Source of the DNA: Gammaproteobacteria bacterium
GTDB lineage: Bacteria; Pseudomonadota; Gammaproteobacteria; Ga0077536
Direction of reading: 5' to 3'
Length of the DNA: 64,000 nucleotides
Assembly (NCBI GenBank): GCA_020849475.1
Contig: JADLGE010000001.1
Span: 25,001 to 89,000 of the forward strand
The stretch's first letter is position 1. Each line of letters opens with the position of its first letter. The notes beneath the pieces were generated by a model. It was not told the origin of the DNA and did no database searches. It saw only the letters and a list, made by a program, of their open reading frames with translations. Positions 1 through 10,000 of the stretch are shown one piece after another. The translations under genes and the position numbers were made by a program.

Positions 1-1088
1 GGTGCGCTCGCCGACGTTGATGAAGCCCTTGTCGGGCGTGATGTTCAAGGGCTCGAGACCGCTCAGGCGGCAGACCCGCGCGAGTTCCGGGATGCGGCGC
101 GGCGGCATGTCGGCCACCGCCTCGGCGATGGCGCGGATGTGTTCGGGCGTGGTGCCGCAGCAGCCGCCGACGATGTTGACCAGGCCACTGGCGGCCAAGT
201 CGCCGATGATGTCGGCCATGTAGGCGGCCGTTTCGTCGTACTCACCAAAGGCATTGGGCAGGCCGGCATTCGGATGCACGCTGACGTGGGTGCCAGCCAC
301 GCGCGACAACTCTTCGATGTACTGGCGCAGATCCTTGGCGCCGAGCGCGCAGTTCAAACCGATGGCTATCGGGTCGGCATGCCGCACCGAGTTCCAGAAC
401 GCCTCGGTGGTCTGGCCGGTCAGGGTGCGGCCGCTTTTATCGGTGATGGTGCCGGAGATCATGATGGGCAGGTCGATGCCGCGGTCGCTCAGGCATTCAC
501 GCGCGGCGAAGATCGCGGCCTTGGCGTTCAAGGTGTCGAAGATGGTCTCGATGAGGACGAGATCGACGCCACCGTCGATGAGCGCGTCGGTCGCCTCGTA
601 GTAGGCGCGGCGCAGCGTCTCGAAATCGATATTGCGAAAGCCCGGATCGTTGACGTCGGGCGACACCGACGCGGTGCGATTGGTCGGCCCCAGCACGCCG
701 GCCACGAATTTCGGCGCCTGGTCACCGCTACTCGCGCGGTAATCGGCAATCGCCTCGCGCGCCACGCGGGCGGCGGCGATGTTGAGATCGCGCACGATGT
801 GCTCGAGGCCGTAGTCGGCCTGCGAAATGCAGGTGGCGTTGAAGCTGTTGGTTTCGATGATGTCCGCACCAACATTCAGAAACGACAGATGGATGCCCTT
901 GATGAGCTTGGGCTGGGTCAGGCACAGCAGGTCGTTATTGCCTTTGAGGTCGCGACCATGGGCGGTAAAGCGCTCGCCACGGAAGTGCGTCTCGTCGAGC
1001 CGATGGCGTTGAATCATGGTGCCCATGGCGCCATCGAGCACGGCAATCTTGCGTGCGAGGAAGTCTCGGAAAGTGGAGGGGTTTTGCA
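1..1088 (-). CDS. metH: Methionine synthase, cobalamin-dependent, N-terminal part (homocysteine-binding domain and start of pterin-binding domain); C-terminus lies beyond the window start
   Basis: Minus-strand translation reads [27 protein letters not shown]...[37 protein letters not shown]...[16 protein letters not shown], matching MetH Hcy and pterin-binding motifs. No stop before position 1, which is why the ORF is absent from the track. Confidence 0.85.
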
Positions 1089-1143
1089 TCTTTCTACCGG
1101 TAGGGAAGCACGTTCGACAGTTTACCCGCACCCGCGCCGCGCT

Positions 1144-2256
1144 TCACGCCGTGGCGCGCCGCGGGCGGACTAACGGCGGCAGGCGCAAACGGCGCCGGTG
1201 CCAGGCCAGCAACAGACCGAGAGCCAGCATGAACAGCAGGTGCACGGGCCACACGCCGAGCTGGTGCGGAATCACGCCCTTCAAGAGCAGCGCGCGACCG
1301 ACGCCGAGCAGGTTGGTATAGGCGAAATAGCCGGCCACCGCGGCCATGAGGCCGAGGTACCAATGGCCACGGCGATTGCCGACGCCGATCAGGAAGGCGA
1401 GCGCCGGGGTCAGCAGCGTGCATAGCGGCAAATTGAAGCGCGACTGGAATTCCACCGCGTAATAGAACTCGTCGTGCTTGAGCAGATCGGTGGTCAGCAC
1501 GAAGGCGATGTGGTCATTGAAATTGGTCGGTTCAGGATCTTCGATACGCACGCCGTAGCGCGTGAAATCGGTGATCGTATAGTCAGCCTGGCCCGGCTCG
1601 CCGGCATAGCTCGAACCGCGCTCGAAAACCGCGAAGCGGCCGTGGCTGCGTCTGTCGGTCTCGATGGCGGCGCGGTCCGAACGCAGGGCGCCTTCACGGC
1701 CGTTGTCGGCTTTCTTGTCGCGCGAATGGACGAACGCGCGTTCGAGATGCTTCTGGTCGTCGGCGATGGACTCGGCATAGAACACCCGCCGCCCGCCGGC
1801 CAGATCGCGAAAGCGGCCGGCCTTGACGCCCGCGATCGTTGCCTCGTTCTCGGTGATTTCCTTCAGCTCACGCAGGTAATGTTCGGCCTGCGGCCCCACC
1901 ACCAGGGTGATGAGCGCCACCACCGCGGCGGTCGCCAGCGCGAGGCCCGCCAAGGGTTTGAGCAAATGCTGATGGCTCATGCCGGCGGCGCGCATCACCA
2001 CCCACTCGGAGCCGAGTTGCAGCCGCGTGGCCGCCGCGAAGGTGCCGAGGAACAGCGACATCGGCAGCAGGTCTTTCAAGGACACCAGCATTTTCAGGCC
2101 GACCATGCGCACGATGTGCTGGGGCGCAATCTTGCCTTCGGCGGCATCGCCGAGCGCGGCAGCCAGGCGCATGGTCAGGTACAGCACCAACAGACCACCG
2201 ACGATGGCGGCCGCTATCTTGATGGTCTCGCGGATGAAATAGCGCGGCAGGATCAC
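1144..2256 (-). CDS. lptF: LPS export ABC permease LptF (YjgP/YjgQ family)
   Basis: 370 aa. N-terminus MILPRYFIRETIK...AAALGDAAEGKIAPQH and overall length and TM layout match LptF. No lptG neighbour. Confidence 0.8.
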   Translation of the reverse strand: MILPRYFIRETIKIAAAIVGGLLVLYLTMRLAAALGDAAEGKIAPQHIVRMVGLKMLVSLKDLLPMSLFLGTFAAATRLQLGSEWVVMRAAGMSHQHLLKPLAGLALATAAVVALITLVVGPQAEHYLRELKEITENEATIAGVKAGRFRDLAGGRRVFYAESIADDQKHLERAFVHSRDKKADNGREGALRSDRAAIETDRRSHGRFAVFERGSSYAGEPGQADYTITDFTRYGVRIEDPEPTNFNDHIAFVLTTDLLKHDEFYYAVEFQSRFNLPLCTLLTPALAFLIGVGNRRGHWYLGLMAAVAGYFAYTNLLGVGRALLLKGVIPHQLGVWPVHLLFMLALGLLLAWHRRRLRLPPLVRPRRATA

Positions 2257-2531
2257 GCAGCGTCGTCCGCCTGACGCTCGCGCTTGAGCAGGTGCAGATT
2301 ACGAAAATAGATCACGCTGTTGGGCAGCTGGCTGACGATGAACACCGGGTCGCGCCGATACAGGGCGTAACCCAGCAGCACCACGCTACCGGCGATGCTC
2401 AAGTACCAGAAAGAGACGGGGATGACGCTGCGCCTGGCCCGTTCGCTGGCCATCCACTGCACCACCCAGCGCGAGAAGAACAGCAGGTTGCCGCACATGC
2501 CGATGCTGACCCACAGCTGCTCAACGCTCAT
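2253..2531 (-). CDS. Lipid-A-disaccharide synthase N-terminal domain (LAB_N) small membrane protein
   Basis: 92 aa with LLFFSRWVVQWMASERARRSVIPVSFWYLSIAGSVVLLGYALYRRDPVFI, the signature of PF07578. Overlaps lptF by 4 bp. Confidence 0.8.
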   Translation of the reverse strand: MSVEQLWVSIGMCGNLLFFSRWVVQWMASERARRSVIPVSFWYLSIAGSVVLLGYALYRRDPVFIVSQLPNSVIYFRNLHLLKRERQADDAA

Positions 2532-3276
2532 GCTTCAACTCCTCGACAGGCGCGGCCCGGAATGCGCGACGCTTGAGCCACATCACGCCAAACAAATCGA
2601 CGATGCCGACCCATAGTCGGTTCCATACTCCGTACTTGGATTGCCCGTGCACGCGCGCCCGGTGCGACACCGGCACCGACAAGATGCCGCCGCCGTCGCG
2701 GCGGATGAGGGCCGGCAGAAAGCGGTGCATGTGATCGAAGCGCGGCAGTTTCATGAACGCCGCGCGGTGCATGAGCTTGAGGCCGCAGCCGGTATCGGGG
2801 GTGTCGTCGCCGAGCATGCGTGAACGCACACCGTTGGCGATGCGCGATGACAGCAGGCGCAGGCCGTTGTCGCGGCGCTTCTGGCGGTGGCCGCACACCA
2901 GCAATGGCGGCTGCTCGACGGCGATGGCCGCGAGCAGACGGGGGATGTCACGGGGATCGTTCTGGCCGTCGCCGTCGAGGGTGATCACCCACGCGCCACG
3001 GGCCGCATCGACACCGCTGCACAGCGCCGCGCTCTGGCCACGGTTGCAACCATGGGCCACCACCCGCACGCGGGGATCGGCGGCGCAGGCCAAAAGCCGT
3101 GCGCGGGTGCCGTCGGTGCTACAGTCATCGACCGTCACCACCTCGTAGTTGCCGAGCGCGGCCATCACGGCGCCGATCTCGTCAAGCAACGGCGCGACAT
3201 TGTCCTGCTCGTTGAAAAACGGCACCACCACTGAATAGAGCACGTCGGCCGGGGCAGGACTTGAAAGCTCGGTCAT
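2521..3276 (-). CDS. Family-2 glycosyltransferase (polyprenyl-phosphate sugar transferase, ArnC/GtrB-like)
   Basis: YSVVVPFFNEQDNV...VTVDDCSTDGT...ITLDGDGQNDP...VCGHRQKRRD motifs. Track ORF extends to 3345; the start at MTELSS (3276) is more likely. Overlaps the LAB_N gene. Confidence 0.8.
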   Translation of the reverse strand: MTELSSPAPADVLYSVVVPFFNEQDNVAPLLDEIGAVMAALGNYEVVTVDDCSTDGTRARLLACAADPRVRVVAHGCNRGQSAALCSGVDAARGAWVITLDGDGQNDPRDIPRLLAAIAVEQPPLLVCGHRQKRRDNGLRLLSSRIANGVRSRMLGDDTPDTGCGLKLMHRAAFMKLPRFDHMHRFLPALIRRDGGGILSVPVSHRARVHGQSKYGVWNRLWVGIVDLFGVMWLKRRAFRAAPVEELKHER

Positions 3277-3375
3277 CGATGACTCATTGCCGGGGTGAAT
3301 GGGCCGCGTCGGGCGGGCGCGAAGTGCGCGGATTCTAACAGGCATCCCGTCACGAGGCAGCGCGGCGGCGACGTT

Positions 3376-3405
3376 TTGACAGGCTCATACACCCACACCC
3401 AGAAT
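3376..3405 (+). promoter_or_regulatory. Candidate sigma-70 promoter for pduO-thrH (TTGACA, about 18 nt spacer, CAGAAT)
   Basis: TTGACA at 3376-3381, -10-like CAGAAT about 18 nt downstream, about 30 nt before the pduO start. Pattern only. Confidence 0.25.
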
Positions 3406-3434
3406 GCCCGCCTCGTACTCACAAGGGCCCGGCC

Positions 3435-3983
3435 ATGGGACATCGTCTCTCGAAAATCTACACACGCACCGGTGATGCCGGCACCACCGGGCTCGGCGAC
3501 GGTTCGCGCATCGCCAAGACCAATCCGCGCATGCACGCCATCGGCGAGGTCGATGAGCTGAACTGCAGCATCGGCCTCATGCTGACCGAGACCATGCGCC
3601 CGGGGCTCGCCGAGCTGTTTCTCGACATCCAGCACGACCTGTTCGATCTCGGCGGCGAGCTGTCGATTCCCGCCAGCACCTTCATCCACGAGGCGGCCGT
3701 GAACAAGCTCGAACAGGCTATCGACCTCTATAACGACGATTTGCCGCCCTTGAAGGAATTCGTGCTGCCGGGCGGCAGCCGCGGCGCGGCGCTGGCGCAC
3801 ATGGCGCGCGCGGTGTGCCGGCGCGTCGAGCGCGCGGTGCTGGAACTGGCGGCCACGGAAACCATCAATCCGCACACCACGACCTTCATCAATCGACTGT
3901 CGGATCTTCTGTTCGTGGCGGCGCGGGTCATTGCGCGGGATTCGGGCGCCGGCGAGGTGATGTGGTCGAGAAAGCGAGGGTAG
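3435..3983 (+). CDS. ATP:cob(I)alamin adenosyltransferase, PduO type
   Basis: MGHRLSKIYTRTGDAGTTGL...HAIGEVDELNCSIG...LPGGS, the PduO/MMAB family signature. Confidence 0.85.
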   Translation: MGHRLSKIYTRTGDAGTTGLGDGSRIAKTNPRMHAIGEVDELNCSIGLMLTETMRPGLAELFLDIQHDLFDLGGELSIPASTFIHEAAVNKLEQAIDLYNDDLPPLKEFVLPGGSRGAALAHMARAVCRRVERAVLELAATETINPHTTTFINRLSDLLFVAARVIARDSGAGEVMWSRKRG

Positions 3984-4011
3984 ACCGGCCGGCAAGCGCG
4001 CGCGGGTTCGA

Positions 4012-4079
4012 GTGTCAGACCGAAATCTGACCCACACAGGAGATGTCGTTCATTGTGGGTCAGACTTCAGTCTGACACT
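4012..4079. repeat. REP/MITE-like inverted-repeat element, family 1 (arms GTGTCAGAC-N5-TCTGACCCACAC / GTGGGTCAGACTTCAGTCTGACAC)
   Basis: Near-perfect inverted arms, each with an internal palindrome, separated by a 17-nt loop. A second copy with the same arms and a different loop lies at 60262-60338. Confidence 0.6.
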
Positions 4080-4177
4080 CATCCCATGCCCATAGGTACG
4101 CCAGCGTATGGCCTTCTGGTGTAGACTGCCGCTCTTTTTTTTCCTCGGGCCTCGCCCCGTTCACAAGGATCTTTTTC

Positions 4178-4777
4178 ATGAATGTTGCTTGTTTGGATTT
4201 CGAAGGCGTGCTGGTGCCAGAGATCTGGGTCAGTCTTGCCGAGCGCACCGGCATCGAAGAGTTGAAGGTCACGACCCGTGATATCCCCGATTACGACGAA
4301 CTGATGGGCCTGCGCTTGAGGATCATGCGTGAGCGCGGCCTGCGTTACGCCGACATCCAGGCCGCCGCCGGCGCGCTGGACCCGCTGCCGGGCGCCGCCG
4401 AATTTTTGAACTGGCTGCGCGCCAACTACCAGGTGGCGATCATCTCCGACACTTTCCATGAACTGGCGGCGCCGCTGGTCGCCAAGCTCGGCTACCCGAT
4501 GATTCTGTGCCACCAGTTGAAGGTCGACAGCGCCGGCCACATCGTCGGTTACACCCTGCGTCAGACCGATCCCAAGCGCCATTCGGTGCTGGCATTCAAA
4601 TCATTGCAGTACAAGGTCGTCGCGACCGGCGATTCGTTCAACGACATCAGCATGCTGCGCACCGCCGACGCCGGCGCGCTGTTCCAGCCGTCCGAGAAGG
4701 TCACCGCCGCCCATCCTGATCTCGCGGTGGCGCGCACCTACGAAGAATTGAAGCAGATGTTCGCTGCTCACCTGTAA
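4178..4777 (+). CDS. thrH: Phosphoserine phosphatase / homoserine kinase ThrH (HAD family)
   Basis: MNVACLDFEGVLVPEIWV...TTRDIPDYDELM...ISDTFHELAAPL...ATGDSFNDISML aligns closely along the full length to Pseudomonas ThrH. Confidence 0.85.
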   Translation: MNVACLDFEGVLVPEIWVSLAERTGIEELKVTTRDIPDYDELMGLRLRIMRERGLRYADIQAAAGALDPLPGAAEFLNWLRANYQVAIISDTFHELAAPLVAKLGYPMILCHQLKVDSAGHIVGYTLRQTDPKRHSVLAFKSLQYKVVATGDSFNDISMLRTADAGALFQPSEKVTAAHPDLAVARTYEELKQMFAAHL

Positions 4778-4792
4778 GACCGCCGGCGCGCC

Positions 4793-5671
4793 TCACGCCG
4801 GCAGGGCGTAGGCGCGCGCAGCGGGCTCGATGGCCGCGAGCGACCAGCGCGGCAGCGCCCACGCCAGCAATTGCCCGCAGTCCGCGCCCAGGCTCTCGGG
4901 CGGCGGCGCCAAGCCCAGGAACGCGAGCGCGTGAAACATCGCCGTGGCGGCGTTGGCGGGCGTCACTGCCGGTGCGTGGGTTTGTTTGCTGAGCTTGTCG
5001 CCGTGGGTATCGAGCACCACCGGCAAGTGCGCGTAGCGTGGCGTCGGCAGGCCGAGCAGGCGCTGCAGATGAATCTGGCGCGGTGTCGATTCAAGCAGAT
5101 CACTGCCGCGCGTCACCTGCGTGACGCCCGACCACGCGTCGTCGACCACCGTCGCCAGGTGATAGGCATATACACCGTCGGCGCGTCGCAGGACGAAATC
5201 ACCGCAATGGCTGGCGAGTTGCTGCGCGTAGCGGCCCTGCACAACATCGTCCACCACCACCGGCTCGTCATCCACCTTCACGCGCCAGGCCAGGCACGCG
5301 CCATCACCGCGCAGCCGTTTGGCGCGACAGGTGCCGGGATAGGCGCGCGGACCGATGGTCTTGCGCGAACACTGGCAGCGGTAAATGAGTTGGCGCGCTT
5401 CAAGCTTTGCCAGCGCTTCGGCATAGGCGGCGCCGCGCGCGCTCTGGTAGATCACCTGGCCATCCCAGGGCAGCGACAGGGCTTCCAGGGTGGTCAGGAT
5501 GCCGGCGGTCGCGCCGCGTTCGATGCGCGGCAAATCGACATCATCGATGCGCAACAACCATTGCCCGCCCTGGGCGTGGACATCGACATAGCTGGCCACC
5601 GCCGTCACCACCGAGCCGAAATGCAGGGGGCCGGTAGGTGAGGGGGCGAAACGCCCGACGACGCCGGTCAT
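4793..5671 (-). CDS. gluQ: Glutamyl-Q tRNA(Asp) synthetase
   Basis: GRFAPSPTGPLHFGS class-I HIGH-like motif, about 290 aa truncated GluRS paralog, LSKQ KMSKS-like motif. Confidence 0.85.
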   Translation of the reverse strand: MTGVVGRFAPSPTGPLHFGSVVTAVASYVDVHAQGGQWLLRIDDVDLPRIERGATAGILTTLEALSLPWDGQVIYQSARGAAYAEALAKLEARQLIYRCQCSRKTIGPRAYPGTCRAKRLRGDGACLAWRVKVDDEPVVVDDVVQGRYAQQLASHCGDFVLRRADGVYAYHLATVVDDAWSGVTQVTRGSDLLESTPRQIHLQRLLGLPTPRYAHLPVVLDTHGDKLSKQTHAPAVTPANAATAMFHALAFLGLAPPPESLGADCGQLLAWALPRWSLAAIEPAARAYALPA

Positions 5672-5683
5672 CGTCGCGCGCGC

Positions 5684-6412
5684 TTACTCATGGGGCGCGA
5701 AGTGCGCGCAATACATCGCCGTGGCGCCAGCCACGCCGATGGGCATGGCGAGAAAATTGATCAGCGGCACCATGGTCAAGAGGCTCAGGCTGACGCCGAA
5801 ACCCAGCGCCATGGCGCGCTCGCCGCGCAGCTTGTCGACCGCGGCGGGAAACACCTGCCCGTGGTTGCCGAGCGGGCAGTCGAGATACTCAATCGCCAGC
5901 ATCCAGCCGCCAAACACTATCCACAGCAGCGGCGCGACGAGATTGAGCCCCGGCACGATGCTCAACAGCAGCAGCGGCCACGCCCGCCACAGGAAGTAGA
6001 GGAGCTTGCGCAGGGCAGCGTAGATGGCGCGCCCGGCCTCGGCGAAAAGGTCTTTCCAACTGAAGCTGAGCGGCTGTTCCGGATGGCGCAGATGACGCTC
6101 GACGGCTTCCGCCAGCAGGCCATTAAAGGGGCTGGCGATGACATTGGCCACCAGGCTGAACGTGAAGAACAGCGACACCGCCGCGAGGCTGCCGAACACC
6201 AGCCAGGCAATCACCAGCGCCCACGCCGGCCAGCCCTGGCAATAGCGCTCGAGCAGATGCTCGAACAACCGGCTGAAACTCGCGAAGGCGAGGCTGAACA
6301 CCGCGACATTGATCAGGAGCGGACCAATCACGAAACGGCGCAGGCCGGGCTCGGCCAGTAACCGGCAACCGCGCCATGCGTAGCCCACGCCGGCGGTGAA
6401 GCCTGCGCTCAT
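5684..6412 (-). CDS. cysZ: Sulfate transporter CysZ
   Basis: CysZ family membrane protein: ASPFNGLLAEAVER..., WMLAIEYLDCPLGNH..., LNFLAMPIGVAGATAMY. Start chosen at MSAGF (6412); the track ORF extends further. Confidence 0.8.
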   Translation of the reverse strand: MSAGFTAGVGYAWRGCRLLAEPGLRRFVIGPLLINVAVFSLAFASFSRLFEHLLERYCQGWPAWALVIAWLVFGSLAAVSLFFTFSLVANVIASPFNGLLAEAVERHLRHPEQPLSFSWKDLFAEAGRAIYAALRKLLYFLWRAWPLLLLSIVPGLNLVAPLLWIVFGGWMLAIEYLDCPLGNHGQVFPAAVDKLRGERAMALGFGVSLSLLTMVPLINFLAMPIGVAGATAMYCAHFAPHE

Positions 6413-6428
6413 GCGCGTATCGCCGCCT

Positions 6429-6824
6429 TCAGTCCCGCGGCAGCACGCTGGCCGCGCCGGGCTGCCAGCCGGCCTGCCGATGCTCGACGGTGATGGTCGG
6501 GTAAGTGCCGCCACGCACGTTGAAGACCGCGGTCAACCGCGCATAGCGCGGCGCGCAGGCGGCGACGATGTCATCGAGGATGGCGTTGGTCACCGCTTCA
6601 TGAAACATGCCTTCATCGCGGAACGACCAGATGTAGAGCTTGAGTGACTTCAATTCCACGCAAGCGCGATCGGCGATGTAGTCCAGGGTCATCTCGGCGA
6701 AGTCTGGCTGGCCAGTGACGGGGCACAGGCAGGTGAACTCCGGCAGACGGATGCTGATCAGGAAATCACGTTCCGGCTTGGGATTGGGGAAGGTGTCGAG
6801 TCGTTTCTGAGGCTGGGTGGTCAT
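6429..6824 (-). CDS. queF: NADPH-dependent 7-cyano-7-deazaguanine reductase QueF (type I)
   Basis: [22 protein letters not shown]...[10 protein letters not shown] QueF motif. Start at MTTQPQ. Confidence 0.85.
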   Translation of the reverse strand: MTTQPQKRLDTFPNPKPERDFLISIRLPEFTCLCPVTGQPDFAEMTLDYIADRACVELKSLKLYIWSFRDEGMFHEAVTNAILDDIVAACAPRYARLTAVFNVRGGTYPTITVEHRQAGWQPGAASVLPRD

Positions 6825-7012
6825 GTCGGGTCCGGGCTTGTTACAGCGCCCACAGGGCGCGTGATCGAAGGCTTCGAAGGGCTGCTTCATGCATGCTCGC
6901 GAGATGTCGCGAACGCACGTTTTTTAGCCATAATTTCAAGCAATTGAACCATAGATGACGATGCCGGGCGAGCGTTGTGCGGCGCTTTCGCGATGGAGTA
7001 TGCTTCGCACCC

Positions 7013-10000
7013 ATGCGCATCACCCGAATCAAAGTCGCGGGCTTCAAATCCTTCGTCGATCCCACCACCTTGACCTTACCCGGCAACCTCACCGGCATCG
7101 TCGGTCCCAACGGTTGCGGCAAGTCAAACATCATTGACGCCTTGCTGTGGGTGCTGGGCGAAAGTTCGGCCAAGCATCTGCGCGGCGATTCGATGGTCGA
7201 TGTGATCTTCAACGGTTCCAACACCCGCAAGCCGGTCGGCCAGGCCATGGTCGAAATCGTGTTCGACAATTCCGACGGCACCATCGGTGGTCAGTACGCG
7301 GGTTTCGGTGAGATTTCCATCAAGCGCACCGTCAGTCGCGACGGCGTGTCCGCCTATCATCTGAACGGCGCACGCTGCCGACGCAAGGACGTCACCAACG
7401 CCTTTCTCGGCACCGGCATTGGCTCGCGCGGTTACTCGGTCATCGAGCAGGGCATGATCTCGCGCGTCATCGAGGCCAAGCCGGAAGAACTGCGCGCGTT
7501 TCTCGAAGAGGCCGCCGGCATCTCCAAATACAAGGAACGGCGCCGCGAGACCGAGAATCGCATGGGCCATACCAAGGAGAACATGGCGCGCCTGACCGAC
7601 ATTCGTGACGAACTCGAAAAGCAGTTGAACCATCTGCAACGCCAGGCGCGCGCCGCCGAGCGTTACCAGGAATTGAAAGCCGAAGAGCGCAAGGCCACCG
7701 CGCGCGGGCTCGCCGTGCGCTGGCGCGCATTGAATGAGGAACATGGGCGTTGTCATGACATCGCCGAGCAGCGCACCACGGAACTCGAAGCTGAAATTGC
7801 ACGTCTGCGTGAAATCGAAGCGCGGCAGGTGACGAGCCGCGATGCGCAGATCGTCGCCACCGATCAGTTCAATACCCTGCAGACCGATTTCTATGCGCGC
7901 AGCGGTGAAATCGCGCGTCTCGAGCAGGCCATCAAGCACGCCGAGGAACGCGAGCAGTCGCTGGGGCAGGATCTCAAGGACGCCGAGCAGACCCTCGCCA
8001 AGCTGATTGAAACCATCGCCGCCGACAGCACCCAGCTCGAAGAAGTCAAAACCCGCCTGACGGAAATCGAACCGCGCTTCGAAAGTCAGCGCAGCGCCGA
8101 GCAGGGCGCCTTCGAGGCGGTGCGTACGGTGGAAGCCGAGCTTGACCAGTGGCAGCACACCTGGGACGCCTTCAACCGCGATCACAACGCCTTGGCCCAG
8201 CGCGAGCACGCCACCCAGATTCGTCTCGAGCACCTGTTGACCAGCATCTCCGACGCCGACACGCGCGTGGCGGTGTTGAACGGCGAAGCCAGCCGCAATG
8301 AGACCGCGGAGCTGGTTTCCCAGATAGACAAATTCAAAGCCGACATCGAACAAGGCGAAGCGCAGCGCGTCGCCATGACCGATGCGCGCAACGCCCTGCG
8401 CGCGGAACTCGGCCAGTCCCGCCAGGGTGTGCAGACTTTCGGTGCGAGCCTGCACGAACACCAGACCCAGCTGCAGCAGCTGCGCGGACGCCTGGCCTCG
8501 CTGCAGGCTCTGCAGGAAGCAGCCTACGGTAACGATCAGCGCGCGGTGGATGCGTTTTGCAAGGCGCGCGGCATCGACAACCTCGCCCGTCTGGCGGCTT
8601 TCGTGGATGTCGAAGCGGGCTGGGAGCGTGCGCTCGAGGCGGCGCTGCGCATTCCGCTCGGTGCGCTGTGCGGGCCGCAACTGACCTCGCGTATCCGTGA
8701 CAGCGGTGGCTTCGATCGCGGTGCGGCGGGCCTCACGGTGATCGATCTGGCGACGGACGACGCCAGCGCTGCGCCGCTGCAATCCGAACTGTTGCTGAGC
8801 AAGATCAAGAGCAAGGTCGACCTGTCGCCGCTGCTGGCGGGCGTGCATGTCGCCGCTGACGCTGACACCGCCATGGCGCTGCGTGCGCGACTCGCGCCGG
8901 AGCAGATGATCGTGCTGCCTGACGGCACTTTGTTCGGCGCCAACTGGGTGCAGGTGGCTGGCAGCAAGGCCGAGTCCGACAGCATATTGACGCGTGAGCG
9001 CGCCATCGAGGAGCTCGGCACGCGCATTACCCAGCACGAAGCCGACATCGCCACCGTGCGCGCTGACAGCGATGCCTTGCGCGCGCGCATTCGCGAGCTG
9101 GAAGTCGAGGAACAGAAGCACTCGCAGCAGCTCGATCAAGGCGCCCAGGCGTTGGCACGCCACCGCTCGGAACTCGGCCGCCTGGAAGCGGAATTCCAGC
9201 GCCGCCAGGCACGCGCCACCGACGTCGCCGCCGAACTCGAACGGCTCGCCAAGCTGTCGTCCACCCACCAGGACAATCTCACCCAGCTCAAGACCGAAAG
9301 GGCGGAAGCACAAGCCGCGCTCCAGGGTCATGCCGAGCGCCGCACCGCGATCAGTGATGCGCGTGGCGCCATCCAGGCGCGGCTCGACAGCAGCCGTCAG
9401 CAATGGCGCGATTTGCGCGATGCCGCCCACCAGCTGGAATTGACGCTCGGCCAGTTACGTTCGCGCCGCGCCGCGCTGGAAGAAGCCCTGGCCCGCAACG
9501 GCGGTGCACGGGAAGGCGCCGAGCGCCGCCGGGCCGATATCGCCGCCGCCATCGAAGCGCACCAGGCGCCGCGCACCGACATGCGCAGCCAGCTCGACAT
9601 CGCTCTGCGCGACCGGCTCGACGCGGAAAACAAGCTCGCCGAAGCACGTCGCGTGCTGGGTGAACTCGACGCCGACATGCAGAAGGCGAGCTCCGAGCGC
9701 GCCAGCGTCGAGCAGGCCATCACCGAGCAGCGCCGTCAGCTTGAGCAGATTCGTCTTGATCAGCGCGCGCTCGAAGTGCGCCTGCAGGAACTGGTCAGCC
9801 GTTTCGAGCAGACCGGCGAAAATCTCGACGAAACGCTGGCCGAGCTCAGCGAGGGCATAAGCGAAGAGTCAATACAGGAAGAGCTCGAGAAGCTGTCGGG
9901 CCGCATCGCGCGCCTGGGGCCCATCAATCTCGCCGCCATCGACGAATTCACCCAGCTTTCCGAGCGCAAAACCTATCTCGACAGCCAGCACGCCGATCTC

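Noticed and set aside
139-1173. 344-aa plus-strand ORF
   Set aside because: G/D/A/R-rich antisense artefact of metH. The minus strand gives a clean MetH translation.
4060-4582. Minus-strand ORFs of 70 and 167 aa
   Set aside because: One runs through the REP-like element and both are antisense to thrH, with no homology.
7124-9430. 768-aa minus-strand ORF and other long ORFs antisense to smc (e.g. 8536-9090, 9397-9723)
   Set aside because: Typical high-GC antisense open frames with low-complexity A/G/R/L composition and no recognisable domains; smc on the plus strand is unambiguous.
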